A stretch of DNA of 64,000 nucleotides from Bacteroidaceae bacterium (GTDB taxonomy: Bacteria; Bacillota_I; Bacilli_A; RFN20; CAG-826): the NCBI GenBank assembly GCA_963624045.1, contig CAVFNI010000004.1, forward strand, positions 20,931 through 84,930, written 5' to 3'. The notes under the pieces were generated by a model. It had not been told where the DNA came from, made no database searches, and saw only the letters and a program-made list of their open reading frames with translations. The first letter of the stretch is position 1. Each line of letters starts with the position of its first letter. Both the position numbers and the translations under genes were made by a program. Below are positions 59,832 to 64,000 of the stretch, piece after piece.

Positions 59832-59883
59832 TCCGAAAAATGAAAAAAAGAATTAACTATTTAAACTTTCGGATGTTCACTTT
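59832..59883. promoter_or_regulatory. candidate operator half-sites TCCGAAA / TTTCGGA in the deoR-fucI divergent spacer
   Basis: A 7-bp inverted repeat separated by 38 bp, read from the sequence. No functional evidence. Confidence 0.3.
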
Positions 59884-59946
59884 GCCTTTGGTTGTCGCAT
59901 AATGATAAAGAACAAAAAGGCTTATAGCCTTAATAAAGGAGAAACA

Positions 59947-61755
59947 ATGGAATTCAAATCACGTCTCGTCGGTGGTTATCCAGTTATTGGTATCCGCCCG
60001 ACAATCGATGGCAGAAGAGGACCGCTCAAAGTGCGCGAATCTTTGGAAGACCAAACGATGGGCATGGCTTTATCCGCCAAGAAACTTTTAGAGGAGAACA
60101 TCCGCTATAGCGATGGCGAAAAAGTCAAAGTCGTCATTGCTCCGTCTACGATTGGACGCGTTCCCGAAAGCGCTGCTTGCGCTGAATATTTCAAAAAGGA
60201 AGGTGTCGACATCACTCTTACTGTGACCCCATGTTGGTGCTATGGCGCCGAAACGATGGATATGGATCCGATGACCATCAAAGCCGTTTGGGGATTTAAT
60301 GGCACCGAACGTCCAGGGGCCGTTTATCTCGCTTCTGTTTTGGCCACCCACGCCCAAAAAGGGTTGCCGGCTTTCGGTATCTATGGCCACGAGGTTCAAG
60401 ACAAAGACGACACGAGCATTCCCGAGGACGTTAAGACCAAGATTCTTCGTTTTGCTCGCGCTGCGGTGGCGGCTGCTTCGATGCGTGGGAAAAGCTATTT
60501 GCAAATCGGCTCTAGCTGCATGGGCATCGGTGGTTCAATCATCAATCACGATTTCATCGAGGAATATCTTGGCATGCGCGTCGAAAGCGTGGATGAAGTC
60601 GAGATTATCCGTCGCATGACCCTTGGCATCTACGATCATAAGGAATATGAAAAGGCCTTGGCTTGGGCTAAGAAACATTGCCATCCTGGCATCGACAAAA
60701 ATCCAAAAGAATTGCAAAGAACCCCAGAGCAAAAGGAAAAAGATTGGGAATTCACCATTAAGATGTGCTGCATCATCAAAGACCTTTATAATGGCAACAA
60801 AAATTTGCCTGAAGGCTGCGAAGAAGAAGCGCTTGGACACAATGCCATCGTCGGCGGTTTCCAAGGGCAAAGGCAATGGACGGATTTCTATCCCAATTGC
60901 GATTTCCCGGAATCTATACTCAACAGCTCCTTTGATTGGAGCGGCGCCCGCGAACCATATACCCTTGCTACTGAAAATGACACGCTAAATGGTATCGGCA
61001 TGCTCTTTGAACGCTTGCTTAATGGTCGCGCGACTATCTTTGCCGATGTTCGTACTTATTGGTCTGGCAGCAGTGTCAAACGCGTTACTGGTTATGACAT
61101 TGAAGGGCACGCCAAAGAGGCCGATGGCTTCCTTCATCTTATCAACAGCGGAGCCCAATGCATCGACGCTTGCGGCGAGGTGCAGGACAAAGACGGCAAC
61201 CACCTAATGAAGCAATGGTGGGATATGACCGATGAAGATATCGAAAAATGCATGAACGCCACGACTTGGCCATACGCCGATTTGGGCTATTTCCGCGGTG
61301 GCGGATATAGCTCTCGCTATCTGACGCGTGCCGAAATGCCGATGACAATGATTCGTCTTGATATCGTTAAAGGGCTTGGTCCAGTGCTTCAAATTGTTGA
61401 AGGCTATAGCGTCCATCTTCCCGATGAAGTTAGCGATACTCTTTGGAAGCGGACCGACTACACTTGGCCTTGCACCTGGTTTACCCCGCGTGTCACGGGC
61501 AAGGGGCCATTTGTCAGTGCTTATGAGGTTATGAACCATTGGGGAGCCAACCATGGCGCCATCACCTATGGCCATATTGGCGCCGATTTATTGACCTTAG
61601 CTTCGATTCTTAGGATTCCCGTCGCTATGCATAACGTCGACGAGAAAGATGTTTATCGCCCAGCTTCTTGGGGATTGTTCGGCTCCGACCTCGAAGGGCA
61701 GGACTTCCGCGCTTGCGAAGCCTATGGGCCGATGTACAAGAACATCCGCAAATAA
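59947..61755 (+). CDS. fucI: L-fucose isomerase family protein
   Basis: Collinear with E. coli FucI along its whole length: [59 protein letters not shown] and RIPV.MHNV. The ATG at 59947 follows AAAGGAG. Confidence 0.92.
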   Translation: MEFKSRLVGGYPVIGIRPTIDGRRGPLKVRESLEDQTMGMALSAKKLLEENIRYSDGEKVKVVIAPSTIGRVPESAACAEYFKKEGVDITLTVTPCWCYGAETMDMDPMTIKAVWGFNGTERPGAVYLASVLATHAQKGLPAFGIYGHEVQDKDDTSIPEDVKTKILRFARAAVAAASMRGKSYLQIGSSCMGIGGSIINHDFIEEYLGMRVESVDEVEIIRRMTLGIYDHKEYEKALAWAKKHCHPGIDKNPKELQRTPEQKEKDWEFTIKMCCIIKDLYNGNKNLPEGCEEEALGHNAIVGGFQGQRQWTDFYPNCDFPESILNSSFDWSGAREPYTLATENDTLNGIGMLFERLLNGRATIFADVRTYWSGSSVKRVTGYDIEGHAKEADGFLHLINSGAQCIDACGEVQDKDGNHLMKQWWDMTDEDIEKCMNATTWPYADLGYFRGGGYSSRYLTRAEMPMTMIRLDIVKGLGPVLQIVEGYSVHLPDEVSDTLWKRTDYTWPCTWFTPRVTGKGPFVSAYEVMNHWGANHGAITYGHIGADLLTLASILRIPVAMHNVDEKDVYRPASWGLFGSDLEGQDFRACEAYGPMYKNIRK

Positions 61756-61770
61756 TTAGCTCCCTTCAAG

Positions 61771-61812
61771 CCCTCTATAGTTTTCTTCCTTTCCTATAGA
61801 GGGTTTTCTTTT
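61771..61812 (+). terminator. rho-independent terminator of fucI
   Basis: CCCTCTATAG-N13-CTATAGAGGG stem followed by TTTTCTTTT. Confidence 0.8.
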
Positions 61813-61961
61813 GCTTACCAATTTGCGTTCTATCAAACTGATTCACGAAATGATATATGCTTGATTTGCGGAGATTTTTAATTTTTTGTGCGCAAAACAA
61901 TCATAAACATTCACATTTTTTTGATGGAAATGCTTTTTTCAGTCATCGCTTTTTAAGTAGA

Positions 61962-61981
61962 CACACTAGATAATTAGTGTG
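61962..61981. promoter_or_regulatory. palindrome CACACTA-gataat-TAGTGTG 30 bp upstream of rhaA (candidate operator over a -10-like GATAAT)
   Basis: A perfect 7-bp inverted repeat read from the sequence. Confidence 0.4.
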
Positions 61982-62010
61982 CGATACTTTAATCGTTTAG
62001 GAGGTTCTTC

Positions 62011-63240
62011 ATGTTTGAGGAAAGCAAAAAGAAATTCGAGCGTTATGGCGTCGATGTCGAGAAGGCGCTAGACACGCTCAAAAACGCGCCCATCTCCGTT
62101 CATTGCTGGCAAGGGGATGATGTCATTGGTTTGCAAAGTGGCGGTGCGTTAACGGGCGGGATCCAGGCCACTGGAAATTACCCTGGCCGCGCTAGCAATT
62201 TCGAGGAATTAAAAGCCGATATCGACTTTGCCTTCTCTTTGATGCCGGGCAAAAAAAGACTCAATCTTCATGCTATTTATGGCGTGAGCGAAAAACCGGT
62301 TCCGATGGACCAAATCTCTACGAAAGAATTTGAGCCTTGGATGGAATGGGCGAAAGAAAAAGGCGTCGCTTTGGACTTCAATCCGACTTTCTTTAGCAGC
62401 CCTATGGTTAAAGACGGTTTCACTTTAAGCTCGCCCGACGAAGAGGTTCGTTCGTATTGGGTGAGACATGGCAAAGCGTGCCGCGCCATTGCCGCAGAAT
62501 TTGGCAAGCGCCAAGGTTCTCCTGCCCTTTGTGATGTTTGGATCCCCGATGGTTTGAAAGATGTTCCTGCTGATCGCTTGGGTCCGCGTGTGCGCTTAAA
62601 GAAGTCTTTGGATGAGATCTATTCGGTCAAATATTCAAAAGACGTTTTGATGGACGCGGTGGAAAGCAAGGTCTTCGGCATCGGGGTGGAAAGCTACACG
62701 GTTGGATCTAGCGAATTCTATCAGAATTATGCCGCTTTAAACGGCATATATTGCTTGATGGATAACGGCCACTATCACCCCACGGAAAACGTGGCGGATA
62801 AGATTCCTTCGTTGCTTTGCTTCTATCCGAAAATTGCCCTTCATATGACTCGTCCTGTTCGCTGGGATAGCGACCACGTCGTTATCAAAGACGATACCAT
62901 GCAAGATATCTGCAACGAAATCGTTCGTTGCCACGCTATCGAGAAAGTGGTGATGGGTCTAGATTATTTCGACGCTTCCATTAACCGCATTGCGGCGTGG
63001 GTTATTGGTCAAAGAAGCGTGGAGAAGTGCTTGTTGCAAGCTCTCCTAACGCCTTGGGATTCCCTTAAAGAATTACAAGACAAGGGGGACTTCACCCATT
63101 TGTTGGAATTGGAAGAAAGAGTCAAAGACCTTCCGTTTGCCGACATTTGGTCGGAGTATTTGAAACGTGAGGGGATGACTGAAGAGATAATGCCCGTTAT
63201 TGATGAATACGAGAAGAACGTTTTAAGAAAAAGAGGATAA
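62011..63240 (+). CDS. rhaA: L-rhamnose isomerase
   Basis: Collinear with E. coli RhaA: HCWQGDDV, TGGIQATGNYPG, KRLNLHAIY, RPVRWDSDHVV and FDASINRIAAWVIG. A TAGGAGG Shine-Dalgarno sequence is present. Confidence 0.93.
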   Translation: MFEESKKKFERYGVDVEKALDTLKNAPISVHCWQGDDVIGLQSGGALTGGIQATGNYPGRASNFEELKADIDFAFSLMPGKKRLNLHAIYGVSEKPVPMDQISTKEFEPWMEWAKEKGVALDFNPTFFSSPMVKDGFTLSSPDEEVRSYWVRHGKACRAIAAEFGKRQGSPALCDVWIPDGLKDVPADRLGPRVRLKKSLDEIYSVKYSKDVLMDAVESKVFGIGVESYTVGSSEFYQNYAALNGIYCLMDNGHYHPTENVADKIPSLLCFYPKIALHMTRPVRWDSDHVVIKDDTMQDICNEIVRCHAIEKVVMGLDYFDASINRIAAWVIGQRSVEKCLLQALLTPWDSLKELQDKGDFTHLLELEERVKDLPFADIWSEYLKREGMTEEIMPVIDEYEKNVLRKRG

Positions 63241-63242
63241 AA

Positions 63243-64000
63243 ATGAAATTATTAGAAGCACCTTTTGTTAAAAGGTTTATCAAATTATGCACCGATGGCT
63301 ATGCCAAAGGATGGCACGAAAGAAATGGCGGCAACCTTTCTTATCGGATGATCGATGAGGAGGTCGCGCTCGTTAAAGAGAATTTCGATGAATCTACACC
63401 TTGGATTAAGATTGGTGCCAGCGTTCCCGCGCTTGCCAATATGTATTTCTTGGTCAAATGCACCGGCGCTTTCATGATGCATATGGCCGATGACCCGCTT
63501 CATTGTCTTGGTATTATTCATTTGGACGAGAAAGGCGAGAATTACCGCATCGTTTGCGGAATGCTTGATGGCAGAAGGCCGACATCAGAGCTCCCATCAC
63601 ATTTGATGAATCTCGAGGTCGTGATGAAGAGAACAAACGGCAAATATCGCGTTGTTTATCATTGTCACCCCGTCAATAGCATCGCTCTCTCCTTTGTAAT
63701 GCCGCTTAACGACAAAGAATGGAGTCACAAATTCTGGGAGATGATGACTGAATGCCCGATCATTTTCCCTGCCGGAATCGGCGTGACCCAATGGATGGTT
63801 CCCGGAGGCGAGGAAATTGCTAAAGCCACCTCCAAACTTATGGAAACATACGATGTGGCCATTTGGGCGCATCATGGCATTTTCGTTACTGGCGATTCCT
63901 TTGATAACACCTGGGGTTTGGCCGAAACTGTTGAGAAGAGTGCTGAAATTTACGTCAAAGTCTTATCGATGGGCGGTATAAAGCAAACGATTCCTGATGA
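63243..64000 (+). CDS. rhaD: rhamnulose-1-phosphate aldolase (3' end beyond the window)
   Basis: My translation from the ATG at 63243 is MKLLEAPFVKRFIKLCTDGYAKGWHERNGGNLSYRM..., which parallels E. coli RhaD (..GWDERNGGNLTLRL). A later HHGIF motif occurs near 63870. The frame remains open to the window end. Confidence 0.8.
   Translation, partial: MKLLEAPFVKRFIKLCTDGYAKGWHERNGGNLSYRMIDEEVALVKENFDESTPWIKIGASVPALANMYFLVKCTGAFMMHMADDPLHCLGIIHLDEKGENYRIVCGMLDGRRPTSELPSHLMNLEVVMKRTNGKYRVVYHCHPVNSIALSFVMPLNDKEWSHKFWEMMTECPIIFPAGIGVTQWMVPGGEEIAKATSKLMETYDVAIWAHHGIFVTGDSFDNTWGLAETVEKSAEIYVKVLSMGGIKQTIPD

Noticed and set aside
1-64000. A window-wide check for CRISPR arrays, tRNA/rRNA genes, integrases or transposases, and Mycoplasma-type TGA=Trp recoding.
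   Set aside because: No direct-repeat/spacer arrays, tRNA-like T-arm motifs or recombinase ORFs were seen. Long conserved genes terminate at TGA (yaaA, recF, gyrB) and contain no in-frame TGA, so the standard code applies.

Overview
This window is the chromosomal replication-origin region of a low-GC, genome-reduced member of the Bacillota. It is probably a wall-less, Mollicutes-like lineage that uses the standard genetic code, since TGA terminates recF, gyrB and yaaA. Gene order is a condensed Bacillus-type oriC neighbourhood. The left arm is mostly on the minus strand: ABC exporter pair with marR, DUF4143 protein, dusB, ftsH, tilS, S4 protein, mfd, pth and flavodoxin, then glmU-like, ispE, rsmA, rnmV, tatD, mnmE, a membrane DUF2188 protein, jag, yidC, rnpA and rpmH. 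A plus-strand block (DUF368, tetR, ppdK) interrupts this arm. A DnaA-box cluster lies at 30.9-31.4 kb. The right arm is entirely on the plus strand to 52.4 kb: dnaA, dnaN, yaaA, recF, gyrB, gyrA, a glycosyltransferase, serS, a short SRP RNA, tadA, and a tightly coupled six-gene operon. That operon holds a MacB-like ABC fusion, a P-type ATPase, psuG, a TetR-like gene, an Fe-ADH and an S2P-like membrane protein. Beyond it are an AbiEi-like gene, pmbA/tldD, an MBL hydrolase, rpmE, yitT and a DeoR-fucI-rhaA-rhaD sugar cluster. I saw no rRNA, tRNA, CRISPR array, transposase or integrase. I also found no convincing multi-gene defence or otherwise novel system, because the window is mostly housekeeping. 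The best leads are single genes or small loci. They are a membrane-tethered DUF2188 protein inside the yidC-jag-mnmE cluster, an orphan RelB/DinJ-like RHH protein with a polylysine tail, and an S2P-like membrane protein missing one zinc ligand. Others are a DUF4143 protein with degenerate Walker motifs, a GlmU truncated to its uridyltransferase half, a PPDK ending in CCCCKK, and an SRP RNA hidden under an over-extended tadA ORF. All family assignments come from motif recognition by eye, and no database search was run.
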